The notes under the pieces: generated by a model
Seen by the model: only the letters and a program-made list of their open reading frames with translations
Databases searched by the model: none
Told to the model about the DNA's origin: nothing
Translations under genes and position numbers: made by a program
Shown here: one piece after another, positions 26,968 through 35,827 of the stretch
Position numbering within the stretch: position 1 is the stretch's first letter
Layout of the letters: every line of letters starts with the position of its first letter
Virus genome (UHGV): UHGV-1361589
From: a virus
DNA length: 47,408 nt
Reading direction: 5' to 3' (one strand)

Positions 26968-27432
26968 TTACGCCGCAGGCATTGCAGCATTGCCAGCACG
27001 ACGAACTGCAACGAGTTCAGCGCCATCAGATGCTACGGTGTAGTCTTCATACGCATAGAACAGGATTTTATCACCTGTGTCAGCCACTTTTAACGCGCCG
27101 GAGCCATCGCTTGCCAGCGGAGTACCTTTTACCAGCGCGGAGGATGCCGCAACCAGAGCGTGATACGTTACGCCAAATTCGCATTGTACTGCCATACCGG
27201 TAGCATTTGCCGGTACAGCTTCGCTCACGTCGCCGCCGCCAACATAGTTGTGTTGCAGGACGTAAGGAAAACCATGACCGCCAGCAGTCGCATGCGCGAT
27301 GATTTTGTCAGAGGAGTTGAAGTCGACCAGCGCGCCCGGTTGCAGAGCGACGTTCATCAGCCCTTCGCGCAACTGCGGGTCATTTTTGCGGGCCGGGCCG
27401 CCGATGATGGTGCCATAACGGATAGTAGCCAT
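26968..27432 (-). CDS. head decoration/scaffold-associated protein (putative)
   Basis: 154 aa, Gly/Ala-rich, between the protease/scaffold and the MCP. Confidence 0.35.
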   Translation of the reverse strand: MATIRYGTIIGGPARKNDPQLREGLMNVALQPGALVDFNSSDKIIAHATAGGHGFPYVLQHNYVGGGDVSEAVPANATGMAVQCEFGVTYHALVAASSALVKGTPLASDGSGALKVADTGDKILFYAYEDYTVASDGAELVAVRRAGNAAMPAA

Positions 27433-28832
27433 TATTCAGGTGCCTCCATATCAAAATCTTCTTCGGCACGGTTCGGCTGGAACCCGCCGGAAATCGGAGC
27501 CGCTTTACTGGTGAGCGCATATGTTTCACGCAGTGCTTCGCCAGTCAGCGCATTAACAGCAGATTCCGGCAACTTCAGCTCGGCCATAATGGCGGCGCGC
27601 ATTGCGGTTTCTTCCTGTGCGGCATTGGCTTGCAGCTGGTCGCGCAGGGTTTTGTTTTGCGCCTCCACATCGGCCAGTTTCTGGTTGACTGCGGTCAACG
27701 ATTCCTGAACCGGTTTGAGGGCATCGGCTAATACAGCCTGTAATTCCTCGTTAGTCATTGAGATTTCCCCTTGAGTTGTTTTTACCGGTTCAAGCTCTGT
27801 CTTATAAACAGCCTTAACCCGTTCACCGACTAATTCTACCATATCCTCACGGACGATGTAGGACTGCATATAAATGGTGCCGTCAATCTCAACGCCAAAG
27901 TAATTATCATAAACGGCGACGATATAAGGCCATGAGTCGTCTGACATCTCGGCCTTGATGATATTGTGGAGCTGCGCGGTAATATCGGTGAATGACAATT
28001 GATTGCCAGTAAGGCGATTGATTGCACGCTGCCACCATTTGATTTTGTTTGCGCTTTCGTCTGGCATTGCCGATTCCTCAAGGTTAACTACAACGCGCTC
28101 AATGTCTTCTCCGTTAGCAGCAAATATACCGACACCATCAGCAGGGCCGCCAGCACCGGGAATACCAGGCGGAAGAATGGCGAGGTGGTCCCACTCCATA
28201 TTCCGGGCAATCCAGGAATATTTTTTACCCTTAGAAGTTCCTGATGCCTGCTCACGGTTGAGTAACAGGCCGGTAGATACCTGAACAGGTTCGGCATCGG
28301 CGCTGTTAACTTTTAGTCCATCAATGCGCGACAGCAATTCTTTACCTTTATCAGAGCGCTCAGCCACCACCTTATTAATATAAAGGTCTACCAGCACCTT
28401 ACTGCCGTCATGAGATGAGTTCTCAATCCATGCGCCAACGCCGAACTGATTGGCGGCTCGCGTCATGTTGGCCGACACGTATTTACCGTCAATCTTCGGG
28501 TGGTCATATGGCGCCGGTTTGCCATCAAGGCCGTGAAATGATTTTTTAATCTCCTCACCAGGGTACAGGCCGCCGTTCATGACAATATCATCCACCACCG
28601 GCACGACATTCTTGATGACATAGTGCGGTTCGCCATCAATTATTTTTTCACCGATGTTGCTGGCTGAGTTGATGGTGTACAGGATGTTAACCTGTAATTT
28701 ATTATTCATGTGCTTGAATGCCTCCACCTCAGCAAGGCGCTTTTTCGCCGCCTCTTCGGTGTCGTACTCGCCAAACTGGTGCGAGCCATCCTTAGATTTA
28801 ACGACCCACTTGTCGCCAATTTTGACAATCAT
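27432..28832 (-). CDS. prohead protease/scaffold protein (DUF2213-like N-terminal domain + C-terminal coiled-coil scaffold)
   Basis: 466 aa. The C-terminal approximately 120 aa are coiled coil ([45 protein letters not shown]). Position is upstream of the MCP. Confidence 0.5.
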   Translation of the reverse strand: MIVKIGDKWVVKSKDGSHQFGEYDTEEAAKKRLAEVEAFKHMNNKLQVNILYTINSASNIGEKIIDGEPHYVIKNVVPVVDDIVMNGGLYPGEEIKKSFHGLDGKPAPYDHPKIDGKYVSANMTRAANQFGVGAWIENSSHDGSKVLVDLYINKVVAERSDKGKELLSRIDGLKVNSADAEPVQVSTGLLLNREQASGTSKGKKYSWIARNMEWDHLAILPPGIPGAGGPADGVGIFAANGEDIERVVVNLEESAMPDESANKIKWWQRAINRLTGNQLSFTDITAQLHNIIKAEMSDDSWPYIVAVYDNYFGVEIDGTIYMQSYIVREDMVELVGERVKAVYKTELEPVKTTQGEISMTNEELQAVLADALKPVQESLTAVNQKLADVEAQNKTLRDQLQANAAQEETAMRAAIMAELKLPESAVNALTGEALRETYALTSKAAPISGGFQPNRAEEDFDMEAPE

Positions 28833-29014
28833 GACCTTTCTCCGCGCTTACTTTATGCCCGGATTATAACACACCATAAATATGCACCACGAAACGGACG
28901 CAAGAAGGTAAAGCGGAGACGCGGTAAAAGCGAAAAGAGTAGCAAAGAATGATATCAGTATGATTGGCATGGCTGCTACCTCCTGAGTGCAAGGTAACAG
29001 CCACGAAAGAGAAT

Positions 29015-29359
29015 TCATTGAGGACTATTCTTATTTAACATTCCGCAGTTTACTTTTGCGCGGTTTACGGCATCCATGAATTTCCCGACAGGCATCGTTT
29101 TGCGGATTTCAGCCAGAATGGCGCCGTGTAACATTCTTTCTTCGCCGTAATAGAGCTTATCAAGTCGAGTGCGAACCAGCGCGCGGGTGCGTTTCATATG
29201 GTCTCGCGCTTTCATTGCCTTCTCTTTCCATACCTTGCCTGCATCATGATTACCGGCAAGCTGGCGCTCAATAGCCTCAATCTCAAAAGCAATCGTCATA
29301 TCAATGTCATCCAGCTCGCTGATTGTTGCTTCCATGATTTCGTTAAGTTGTAGTTTCAT
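29015..29359 (-). CDS. hypothetical protein
   Basis: 114 aa. Confidence 0.35.
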   Translation of the reverse strand: MKLQLNEIMEATISELDDIDMTIAFEIEAIERQLAGNHDAGKVWKEKAMKARDHMKRTRALVRTRLDKLYYGEERMLHGAILAEIRKTMPVGKFMDAVNRAKVNCGMLNKNSPQ

Positions 29360-29650
29360 TTACGACTCCACATCCAAATGTTTAACTTCGCCATCTTTGT
29401 ATAACCTCCATGGGATGCAAACGATGCATCCACCAATATTCATTTCAATGGAGTGCTCACCCTCTCTGAATGAATCTGCATGCCACTGACCAACCGTGTC
29501 GTCATGCCATGTAATTTTAATTAATGCGCTTTTTGGTTTGCTCACATTCACTTCCTCCACTATCCACCCCATCTCTCTGCGATTACTGGCCGTGCGTCCA
29601 CAATTGGTGACAAACAGCACGGTTCCTGATTTATGCTTTACTGCCCACAT
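29360..29650 (-). CDS. hypothetical protein
   Basis: 96 aa. Confidence 0.35.
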   Translation of the reverse strand: MWAVKHKSGTVLFVTNCGRTASNRREMGWIVEEVNVSKPKSALIKITWHDDTVGQWHADSFREGEHSIEMNIGGCIVCIPWRLYKDGEVKHLDVES

Positions 29651-30126
29651 GACTGGCGCGCCCCGGCAAGCAGCTTTTCAAACATCATCCTGTCACGACT
29701 CATGCCAAACGGGATAACCTCCTGCCAGTAATATTTCCATGCACCGCCTGGAAGCATTTCACGGTCAACCTGACCAATGCTTGCCAGATAGCGCATGCGC
29801 GCCTTGAGGATGGTGTAGTTGACGCCGACAGCCTCCGCTATCTGCTTGCTCTTGCGCCCTGGATTCGCCTCAAGATAGGTCTGAATTGCAAGGTCAAGCG
29901 CGGTATTATCGGGATTGAGGAAATACTTAAAGCAGCGCCGACCATGACTAATTGCTTCCTCTTTAATAATAAATCCCATACCCTCCAGCTCAATCAGATA
30001 GCCGGTAACGCTGGCACGGTTTGTCATGCCAGTCTGCTTGCGTATCATGGCATTGGTTGCGCCGCCGCAGCGCTCTATCACCGTTAGTATTTGCGTTTTA
30101 AAGTCCATTTGCGCGCTCCAGTGCAT
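29638..30126 (-). CDS. winged-helix DNA-binding protein (putative transcription regulator)
   Basis: 162 aa. Two wHTH-like segments (AMIRKQTGMTNRASVTGYLIELEGMGFI and SKQIAEAVGVNYTILKARMRYLASIGQV). Confidence 0.45.
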   Translation of the reverse strand: MHWSAQMDFKTQILTVIERCGGATNAMIRKQTGMTNRASVTGYLIELEGMGFIIKEEAISHGRRCFKYFLNPDNTALDLAIQTYLEANPGRKSKQIAEAVGVNYTILKARMRYLASIGQVDREMLPGGAWKYYWQEVIPFGMSRDRMMFEKLLAGARQSCGQ

Positions 30127-30346
30127 CCTGTTTGTAGTCGTCAGCGGTATAGAGGTGGCCGTTTCGGGTGTTCCATTTCTTTACGGCGTCATCCAGCAAT
30201 AGCCAGTAGTCAGTTCCATTACCACACTCTGCACAGGCAACGAAAAAATCGTCTCCCTGACTATCGCTGTAAGCATCATTGCTACCGCAAAAAGGACACT
30301 CCAGCAACCCTTCATCATTCATCATTGGTTTCATTTCGCCACCCAT
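30098..30346 (-). CDS. Lar-family zinc-ribbon protein (restriction alleviation-like)
   Basis: LLECPFCGS...VACAECGNG...AVKKWNTR matches the Lar family pattern CPFCG..(n)..CxxCG..AWN.R. Confidence 0.5.
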   Translation of the reverse strand: MGGEMKPMMNDEGLLECPFCGSNDAYSDSQGDDFFVACAECGNGTDYWLLLDDAVKKWNTRNGHLYTADDYKQDALERANGL

Positions 30347-30522
30347 TCACCAATATTGCTGAAATGCGGGCGCCCTTCTCGCCACTCGATAATTTCGCGG
30401 TTAACTTGCCGTTGCATACGGTTGCGAACCTCGCGCAATTCGCTTTCGACCCAAGCGCGAGTGCGGTCGAGTTCTTCCAGCTTGTTCAGCAACTCTTTTT
30501 CATACACCTGATCAGTAGTCAT
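30331..30522 (-). CDS. hypothetical coiled-coil protein
   Basis: 63 aa, translationally coupled to the Lar-like gene. Confidence 0.35.
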   Translation of the reverse strand: MTTDQVYEKELLNKLEELDRTRAWVESELREVRNRMQRQVNREIIEWREGRPHFSNIGEWVAK

Positions 30523-30605
30523 TTTTTCTCTCCATCAGCACTTTATAGTGAACGCCATAATATTTGAGTACCTGACTATGGTTATGCAGATACCCGTCAT
30601 CATCT

Positions 30606-30821
30606 TCAATCGGTAGTCTTACCACGATGTAAAACGCCCGGTAGAGTTCTGTCCATCCATGACAACATTTGCGCTTCCTCGGCTTCATGGGCGGCCTCCA
30701 TAGCAGCCAGGTCAATGCGCTGCTCGATAGATTTAATGATTGACTCTGGCACATTAAGCATTTGCAGAGTCTCCCGGCAATCGCGCTTATGAACCTCTGT
30801 CACCTCCTGCCACTTCTTCAT
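30606..30821 (-). CDS. hypothetical protein
   Basis: About 71 aa from MKKWQEVTEVHKRDCRETLQMLNVPES.... The ORF track extends it to 30929. Confidence 0.3.
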   Translation of the reverse strand: MKKWQEVTEVHKRDCRETLQMLNVPESIIKSIEQRIDLAAMEAAHEAEEAQMLSWMDRTLPGVLHRGKTTD

Positions 30822-30875
30822 TCCACACCACCTTTTATCATTATGGTACAATCTACAACACAGAGTATTGACTAA

Positions 30876-30905
30876 TTGACGTAGATTCGTCAAGATGATT
30901 TTCAC
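30876..30905 (+). promoter_or_regulatory. promoter-like element TTGACGTAGATTCG
   Basis: TTGACG at 30876-30881 with a second TTGACT 8 nt upstream. Drives the plus cassette 30918-32694. Confidence 0.4.
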
Positions 30906-30917
30906 AGGAGAGACGAG

Positions 30918-31118
30918 ATGGCGAGACAACGCAAAGAACCACTGGAAGTACTGACTGAGATTATCGCTAAGCGCCAGCCGTTAAGCCTGCGAGATGTCAG
31001 ATATTACGCGCACTGCTATGTAGCAATGCGTGAATGGAGCGCTGAAAAAATGTATTCGTTTGTGCGCGAACACTTCAGCGTGGATGAAAAAAACAAGGTT
31101 ACATTGAGAGGTGAGTGA
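30918..31118 (+). CDS. hypothetical protein
   Basis: 66 aa, preceded by an AGGAGAG RBS. Confidence 0.4.
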   Translation: MARQRKEPLEVLTEIIAKRQPLSLRDVRYYAHCYVAMREWSAEKMYSFVREHFSVDEKNKVTLRGE

Positions 31119-31669
31119 TGAAATACAAATATCTGAAGGGAAGCGCTGATTATTTTAACGGCCATGAAGATGCCGTCCTGGTTGTGAGGTCGGCAACCAG
31201 TGGAAAAATCTACTGGCTCAGCGCGGATTATGCAGGACGAGATAAGGATATCGAAAAGGCTGGTGATATTGTTGTCGCTCATCGTGAGCCAATCACCGAC
31301 GAGGATGATTTGAATGGATGCGCCAGTTCACCAGGATGCCGCGTGAAAGCTGGTGAATTGATAATGGACGGCAAGTGGCATGATGCCAACATTGGCGGCA
31401 GTGATGAAACAGAAGCCCTCATCACCGAGCGCGGCACTCGCTACGGGAAGTTCAAAGACGGTGCAGATATCATGCAATCACTGAAGGATACCATGCGCGA
31501 CGTTGACGGCTGGAATAACCTGACGGCGAGCCAGAAGGAGGCGCTAGACATGATTCAGCATAAAATTGGCCGCATCCTGAATGGCGACCCGACATACGAC
31601 GATAGCTGGAAAGACATTGCTGGCTATGCAACATTAATTGTTAATGAACTGAGTGGGGAGATAAAGTGA
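31115..31669 (+). CDS. hypothetical protein
   Basis: 184 aa. No confident motif. Confidence 0.4.
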   Translation: MMKYKYLKGSADYFNGHEDAVLVVRSATSGKIYWLSADYAGRDKDIEKAGDIVVAHREPITDEDDLNGCASSPGCRVKAGELIMDGKWHDANIGGSDETEALITERGTRYGKFKDGADIMQSLKDTMRDVDGWNNLTASQKEALDMIQHKIGRILNGDPTYDDSWKDIAGYATLIVNELSGEIK

Positions 31670-31902
31670 TGAAAGTTACCAATGCATGCGCGGATAATGC
31701 AGCGCAAGAATCAGGACACTTTGAGTGCAATGGGTTTGCCGCGCGATTAAAAGGCAAGCACCTGACTATTGAAGTGACTGGCGACAAAGTCAATGCTGCA
31801 TATGATTGCAGCCTGTTTACTCACGATGAGGTCGGGGTGATTATCAAGTGCATCCAGCACATCAACAAAAGCGTTAGCAAAGCGTCGATGGTGAAACTAT
31901 GA
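31666..31902 (+). CDS. hypothetical protein
   Basis: 78 aa, start/stop overlap. Confidence 0.35.
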   Translation: MMKVTNACADNAAQESGHFECNGFAARLKGKHLTIEVTGDKVNAAYDCSLFTHDEVGVIIKCIQHINKSVSKASMVKL

Positions 31903-32261
31903 AAAGACTCCTGAGAAACATCGCATGGGATATCTTCCTGACGTGGCCGCTGATTTACTTCGGCCTGTTTATGCAGAATGTGTATGCATACAATATGGCA
32001 ATGGCTTTTTTCTGGTTCATCAGCATTGGCGGCATCATTGTCGCTATCAGCACCATTGCATCTGGTGAGATGCTGAAGAAGGCGGTGGACAGATACAAAA
32101 AGCCGCTATGGATTCATCGCAAGTATCAGGCTGTAACCTCGTTTGGTGAAGTTGCGTTGATGTTTGCGTTAGGGTATTTCTGGCTTGGTGGGTTTTATGC
32201 CACCGCCGTTATTTTTATGATGGCGATGAAAGAAAAGGTAGCAGAGGAGGCTGGTAAATAA
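31899..32261 (+). CDS. membrane protein (3-4 TM)
   Basis: 120 aa with strongly hydrophobic segments (IFLTWPLIYFGLFM, MAFFWFISIGGIIVAISTIA, VALMFALGYFWLGGFYATAVIFMMAM). Confidence 0.4.
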   Translation: MKRLLRNIAWDIFLTWPLIYFGLFMQNVYAYNMAMAFFWFISIGGIIVAISTIASGEMLKKAVDRYKKPLWIHRKYQAVTSFGEVALMFALGYFWLGGFYATAVIFMMAMKEKVAEEAGK

Positions 32262-32482
32262 TGCCAATCAAAAATCCAACGCCCCGCATCGAAATCGACA
32301 TGGTAGAGTTACACGAACCTGCCCGGCGAGATTATCACGTACCGAGACTTGCAGAACCAGCAGCCTACATCATCACCAGCAATCGTGGGCGCCGCTATCT
32401 GGCGTTTGCTGGTAGTGTTGAGCATCAGAATGCGACCATGTTTGGCTATGAAATGAAACCACTCTATGAGGATTCAAAATGA
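32261..32482 (+). CDS. hypothetical protein
   Basis: 73 aa. Confidence 0.35.
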   Translation: MPIKNPTPRIEIDMVELHEPARRDYHVPRLAEPAAYIITSNRGRRYLAFAGSVEHQNATMFGYEMKPLYEDSK

Positions 32483-32694
32483 CAGTACAAGCAGCGAAAG
32501 ACCCTGGGAAAATCTGGCTACATCAGGAGATTATTGACGGACGCCTGCAAGTGGTGGACCAGGATGGGAGAATTGTTGGCGGCGTGGTGAAAACTGACAC
32601 CAGCACGCAATCGGGAGGAAAGATTGCCACCATGATTATTGAGGTTGAAATTGCCGCAAAACTCGATGGTGAAAATATCGGCTTCGTTGTTTAG
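32479..32694 (+). CDS. hypothetical protein
   Basis: 71 aa, followed by a terminator. Confidence 0.35.
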   Translation: MTVQAAKDPGKIWLHQEIIDGRLQVVDQDGRIVGGVVKTDTSTQSGGKIATMIIEVEIAAKLDGENIGFVV

Positions 32695-32711
32695 TCTTCT
32701 TTGAGCCAAAC

Positions 32712-32737
32712 AAAGCCCCTTTACGGGGCTTTTTTAT
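32712..32737. terminator. bidirectional rho-independent terminator
   Basis: AAAGCCCCTTTACGGGGCTTTTTT. Confidence 0.65.
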
Positions 32738-33215
32738 TGCGCAGGGAGTTATATTGCGCCTGACAAGTCAATCCGGCCTCTCTTGCTGAGTCAGCATATT
32801 CTGCCAGTTGTCTGTTTCTTTCGACAGATTTGCTGAGCACGTCGGCAAGCAAAACTCCGGTGTTTGAGGTTGGATTGCCAATGGACTCAGTGCGGGAATA
32901 ATCGACGAGCTGCTTTCTGATTGTGGCGAGTTGCTGCTGCAACCTGCCAGACTTAACAGCAGCAGCGGTAGCATCAGCGCGCGCGGCATCAATGCGGCCT
33001 TGCGCTTCCTGCTCGATGGTCTTTTTGTCTTGCTCATGTTGTTCGCTCGCCTCTTTGTCTTTGACCTTCTGCGCCTCCACGGCCGCCAGATATCCAGAGT
33101 TATATTTCTCCTTTCCGTAATTGACCCACTTTCCGTAGATAATCAGAGCCAGAAGCGCTACGCCGATAATGGCCGCAATAACTTTCCAGTTAGCCTTGAG
33201 GATTTGCAGAATCAT
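32721..33215 (-). CDS. i-spanin (Rz-like)
   Basis: 164 aa. N-terminal TM helix (VIAAIIGVALLALIIYG), a periplasmic coiled coil, and an embedded o-spanin frame. Confidence 0.6.
   Translation of the reverse strand: MILQILKANWKVIAAIIGVALLALIIYGKWVNYGKEKYNSGYLAAVEAQKVKDKEASEQHEQDKKTIEQEAQGRIDAARADATAAAVKSGRLQQQLATIRKQLVDYSRTESIGNPTSNTGVLLADVLSKSVERNRQLAEYADSAREAGLTCQAQYNSLRNKKAP
32768..32989 (-). CDS. o-spanin (Rz1-like lipoprotein), embedded in the i-spanin gene in another frame
   Basis: MPRALMLPLLLLSLAGCSS lipobox followed by a Pro/Ser-rich mature region, nested within the Rz-like gene. Confidence 0.5.
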   Translation of the reverse strand: MPRALMLPLLLLSLAGCSSNSPQSESSSSIIPALSPLAIQPQTPEFCLPTCSANLSKETDNWQNMLTQQERPD

Positions 33216-33435
33216 TTTTCAGCGCCTTAATCTCTTTCTTCATGCCGTGCATTTTTCCAAACAGCGAGGCAAGAAGGATGCTGTAGCTGATCGCTTTGAC
33301 CGCAATCGGCGGAATGGCAGACTTGAGGTCTTCAGGCATGAAAGCCCACACGTGAACCATAGCGTCAGGCCAGAGCTGAATCAACGAGCAGAATGACGCC
33401 CAAATGCCGATAAGCCAGTTACTGAGGCGCTTCAT
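33190..33435 (-). CDS. putative holin (2 TM)
   Basis: 81 aa with two hydrophobic helices and a charged C-terminus, between the endolysin and the spanins. Confidence 0.4.
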   Translation of the reverse strand: MKRLSNWLIGIWASFCSLIQLWPDAMVHVWAFMPEDLKSAIPPIAVKAISYSILLASLFGKMHGMKKEIKALKNDSANPQG

Positions 33436-33896
33436 GATACAGAGCCGCCAGCTGCCTTGTAGACAGCAATTAGTTTATCCATTTTGTGCTCATGCTGACC
33501 ATAGCCGGCGCCGGGCAAAGATGCCCAGCGAGAGCGGCATTTTGTGATTGCAGACTCAATGCGGCCAGCCTCAATATCATCAACAGCCTTGCATTCGCGG
33601 ATTAACTGAATTGCGATAGCATCCTGAGAGGCAGGAGAGAAATCAGGGAGTCTTAATTGTTTTTTGTAGGCATCGTAAAACTTAGACAGAATTTGATAGC
33701 GCCCGGCGCCAGTGGATTTGATGCCTAATTTGGGGAGGTTGACCAGCTTCCGTGGGTGGTCGGAATAGTCAGTGAACAACGAGCCACCAACAATCACATC
33801 GTAACCGTGATTTTTTGTTGGCTGCCGTCCGTTGTCAGTACCCTCACTAAAAGCAAGGGTATCCAGGAACGCCTTCATGTTCTTACTTATAGCCAT
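33432..33896 (-). CDS. endolysin, lambda R-like lytic transglycosylase
   Basis: MAISKNMKAFLDTLAFSEGTDNGRQPTKNHGYDVIVGG...DYSDHPRK...KSTGAGRYQ...WASLPGAGYGQHEHK is near-collinear with lambda R (…LAWSEGTDNGRQKTRNHGYDVIVGG…). The start is placed at the internal Met; the ORF track extends it to 34100. Confidence 0.8.
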   Translation of the reverse strand: MAISKNMKAFLDTLAFSEGTDNGRQPTKNHGYDVIVGGSLFTDYSDHPRKLVNLPKLGIKSTGAGRYQILSKFYDAYKKQLRLPDFSPASQDAIAIQLIRECKAVDDIEAGRIESAITKCRSRWASLPGAGYGQHEHKMDKLIAVYKAAGGSVS

Positions 33897-34131
33897 AATA
33901 ATAAACCTCTCTTTCGCGCTTTCTTCGCTGCCTGTCGCCATCATTAAGGCACCAAGCCATAAACTGACCCTGCGCGCACTGGAAGCATCCGGCATTGTGC
34001 TTTTTGAGGAGCGCAGACTTACTGAACGCATCAATACCAATTGAAGTTGCCAGGCTTGATAACGCATCAAGCTGGTTTTGAGTTGTGTGTGATTTAACAA
34101 TCAATGAGATATCAACAACCTCATCAATCAT
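33883..34131 (-). CDS. hypothetical protein upstream of the endolysin (non-membrane)
   Basis: About 82 aa from MIDEVVDISLIVKSH..., with an AAGGAA RBS. It overlaps the endolysin start by 14 nt. It is not hydrophobic, so it is not a canonical holin. Confidence 0.3.
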   Translation of the reverse strand: MIDEVVDISLIVKSHTTQNQLDALSSLATSIGIDAFSKSALLKKHNAGCFQCAQGQFMAWCLNDGDRQRRKREREVYYYGYK

Positions 34132-34201
34132 AAATTCCTTTCTGCCTAAATGAGAAAATTCCATGATTACCTCCGATGCAGATTATTTTATCATAATCCT
34201 A

Positions 34202-34236
34202 TTGACGTAGATTGAATCGTAGGCGATGATGTAGTT
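34202..34236 (+). promoter_or_regulatory. promoter TTGACGTAGATTGA ... GATGATGTAGTT
   Basis: -35 TTGACG at 34202-34207, TAGATTGA at 34208-34215, and a weak -10 GATGAT at 34225-34230. Drives the plus cassette 34259-35798. Confidence 0.45.
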
Positions 34237-34258
34237 ACACAAACACAGGGGATTCAAG

Positions 34259-34549
34259 ATGAAAAAATTTATCGCAGTGACAGTATTCGCAATGGCTTCA
34301 TTTGGCGCATCGGCTGGTGAAGTGTGCAACAAAGTTGGTGACGTTGGATTCGCCGCGGCAGATGCTCGTGATTCCGGCGTACCTCAGAGCATAGCAATGG
34401 CGGTAGCACAAAGCCCTGAGTACGGCGTGGATGCCAACAAGGTGCTTGGTGCAACAGTGAAGATGGCCTACTCAATGCCGAACAAGACACCAAAAGAAAT
34501 CAAGGCGATCACAATTGCGCTTTGCGTATCAAGCATGGGTGACTTGTGA
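34259..34549 (+). CDS. secreted/periplasmic small protein (SPase I signal peptide)
   Basis: 96 aa. MKKFIAVTVFAMASFGASA-GEV signal sequence. Confidence 0.45.
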   Translation: MKKFIAVTVFAMASFGASAGEVCNKVGDVGFAAADARDSGVPQSIAMAVAQSPEYGVDANKVLGATVKMAYSMPNKTPKEIKAITIALCVSSMGDL

Positions 34550-34675
34550 TGTGCCCGCGCCTGATGTTTAAGGCCCGCAATCGCTACGTTAAGCTGGTGA
34601 TGCGCGCATGGATGGGCATGCAGCATGGCTGAATGTGATGGGTGAACTGAAAAGAATTTATAACGGAGAGAAGAA

Positions 34676-35605
34676 ATGAAGCTGATTGATATTTTGGTTG
34701 AAGAACTGCCGAAGCTTGGGGGATGGCCGGAAGATGTGGAAGCTATCACGCAGGACTCGGACAGATCGATAAATAACTATAGAACTGCGGATGGCCTGGA
34801 AACCAACGAGTACGGAGCATGGAGGTACTCATTAGCATGGCAATGTTATCTGTTGTCTCATGACGATGTAAGTTTCCTGGCAGATGACTACACTACAGCT
34901 ATCATCACCCGCGAACAGTACGAAGCCGCGCTGGCTGCCAAAAATGACGGCTGGATTGAGTGGGGTGGCGGCGAATGCCCGGTTCCGTGCGGAACAGCGG
35001 TTGACGTCAAACACCGTTGCGGGGCGGTCAGCGAAAACCAGCAAGCGTGGCCGAAGCATCATAAAGAAAGCGACGTAATGGTTAATCCACTTTCTAATGC
35101 CGGGCAGGCATTTTGGCGGCATGAAAATTCAGTTATGGACATCATCGCCTACCGCCTACACAAGCCGACGAAATCAGAACAGGTACGCGCTGATGCATGG
35201 AATGCTTATGCTGGTATCACCGAATCTGATGCTGAATCAGACCTGAATGAGTGCATCGGCCAGGATGCTGCACCGGTTTGGGATGGTGCAGGCCTGCCTC
35301 CGGTTGGTTGTGAGTGTGAAGTGTCAGTAGATGGTGGTCGCTCATGGTGTACATACAGGGCTATAAATGAGAAGAATGGCGCGAGGCTAATTGAAATTGG
35401 CAACTTCACGGAAGAATTTCAAAATAATAACTGGATTTTCCGCCCCATCCGCTCGGAAGTCGACAAAAAGCGCGAAGCCGCACTTGATGCCATCTATGGT
35501 GCCATTGCGAGCGCAGAGAGAGCGTACAACCGATCTGATGAGGCTGACAAGGTTTATGAAGCCATCGCAGCCGGTAAAATCCCCGGCGTGAAGCTGGAGG
35601 ATTGA
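34676..35605 (+). CDS. hypothetical protein
   Basis: 309 aa, Trp/Cys-containing, acidic. No recognisable motif. Confidence 0.4.
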   Translation: MKLIDILVEELPKLGGWPEDVEAITQDSDRSINNYRTADGLETNEYGAWRYSLAWQCYLLSHDDVSFLADDYTTAIITREQYEAALAAKNDGWIEWGGGECPVPCGTAVDVKHRCGAVSENQQAWPKHHKESDVMVNPLSNAGQAFWRHENSVMDIIAYRLHKPTKSEQVRADAWNAYAGITESDAESDLNECIGQDAAPVWDGAGLPPVGCECEVSVDGGRSWCTYRAINEKNGARLIEIGNFTEEFQNNNWIFRPIRSEVDKKREAALDAIYGAIASAERAYNRSDEADKVYEAIAAGKIPGVKLED

Positions 35606-35606
35606 T

Positions 35607-35798
35607 ATGATTTATCTGGTTTTGCTGTATGTTTTTATTGGCTGCGTGATTGATTTACCAGGGCTTTCCATGAGCGTGAAAGATTTAATCAAATCAATTG
35701 ATGGATTATATCGTGCGCTATTGGTTTTTATTATTATGCTCCTTTCGAGCCTTGCGTGGCCATATTGCGTTTTAAAGGCAGTTACAAGAAAAAGATAA
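35607..35798 (+). CDS. small membrane protein (2 TM)
   Basis: 63 aa (MIYLVLLYVFIGCVIDLPG...LLVFIIMLLSSLAWPYCVL), followed by a terminator. Confidence 0.35.
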   Translation: MIYLVLLYVFIGCVIDLPGLSMSVKDLIKSIDGLYRALLVFIIMLLSSLAWPYCVLKAVTRKR

Positions 35799-35803
35799 GC
35801 AGA

Positions 35804-35827
35804 AGCCGCCATCAGGTGGCTTTCTTG
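35804..35827. terminator. rho-independent terminator
   Basis: GCCGCCATCAGGTGGC hairpin plus a T-run. Confidence 0.45.

Noticed and set aside
33432-34100. Long 222-aa form of the endolysin ORF given by the track
   Set aside because: The N-terminal 67 aa have no similarity to lambda R. The homology starts exactly at the internal Met (MAISKNMKAFL...), which matches the lambda R length. The extension overlaps another ORF.
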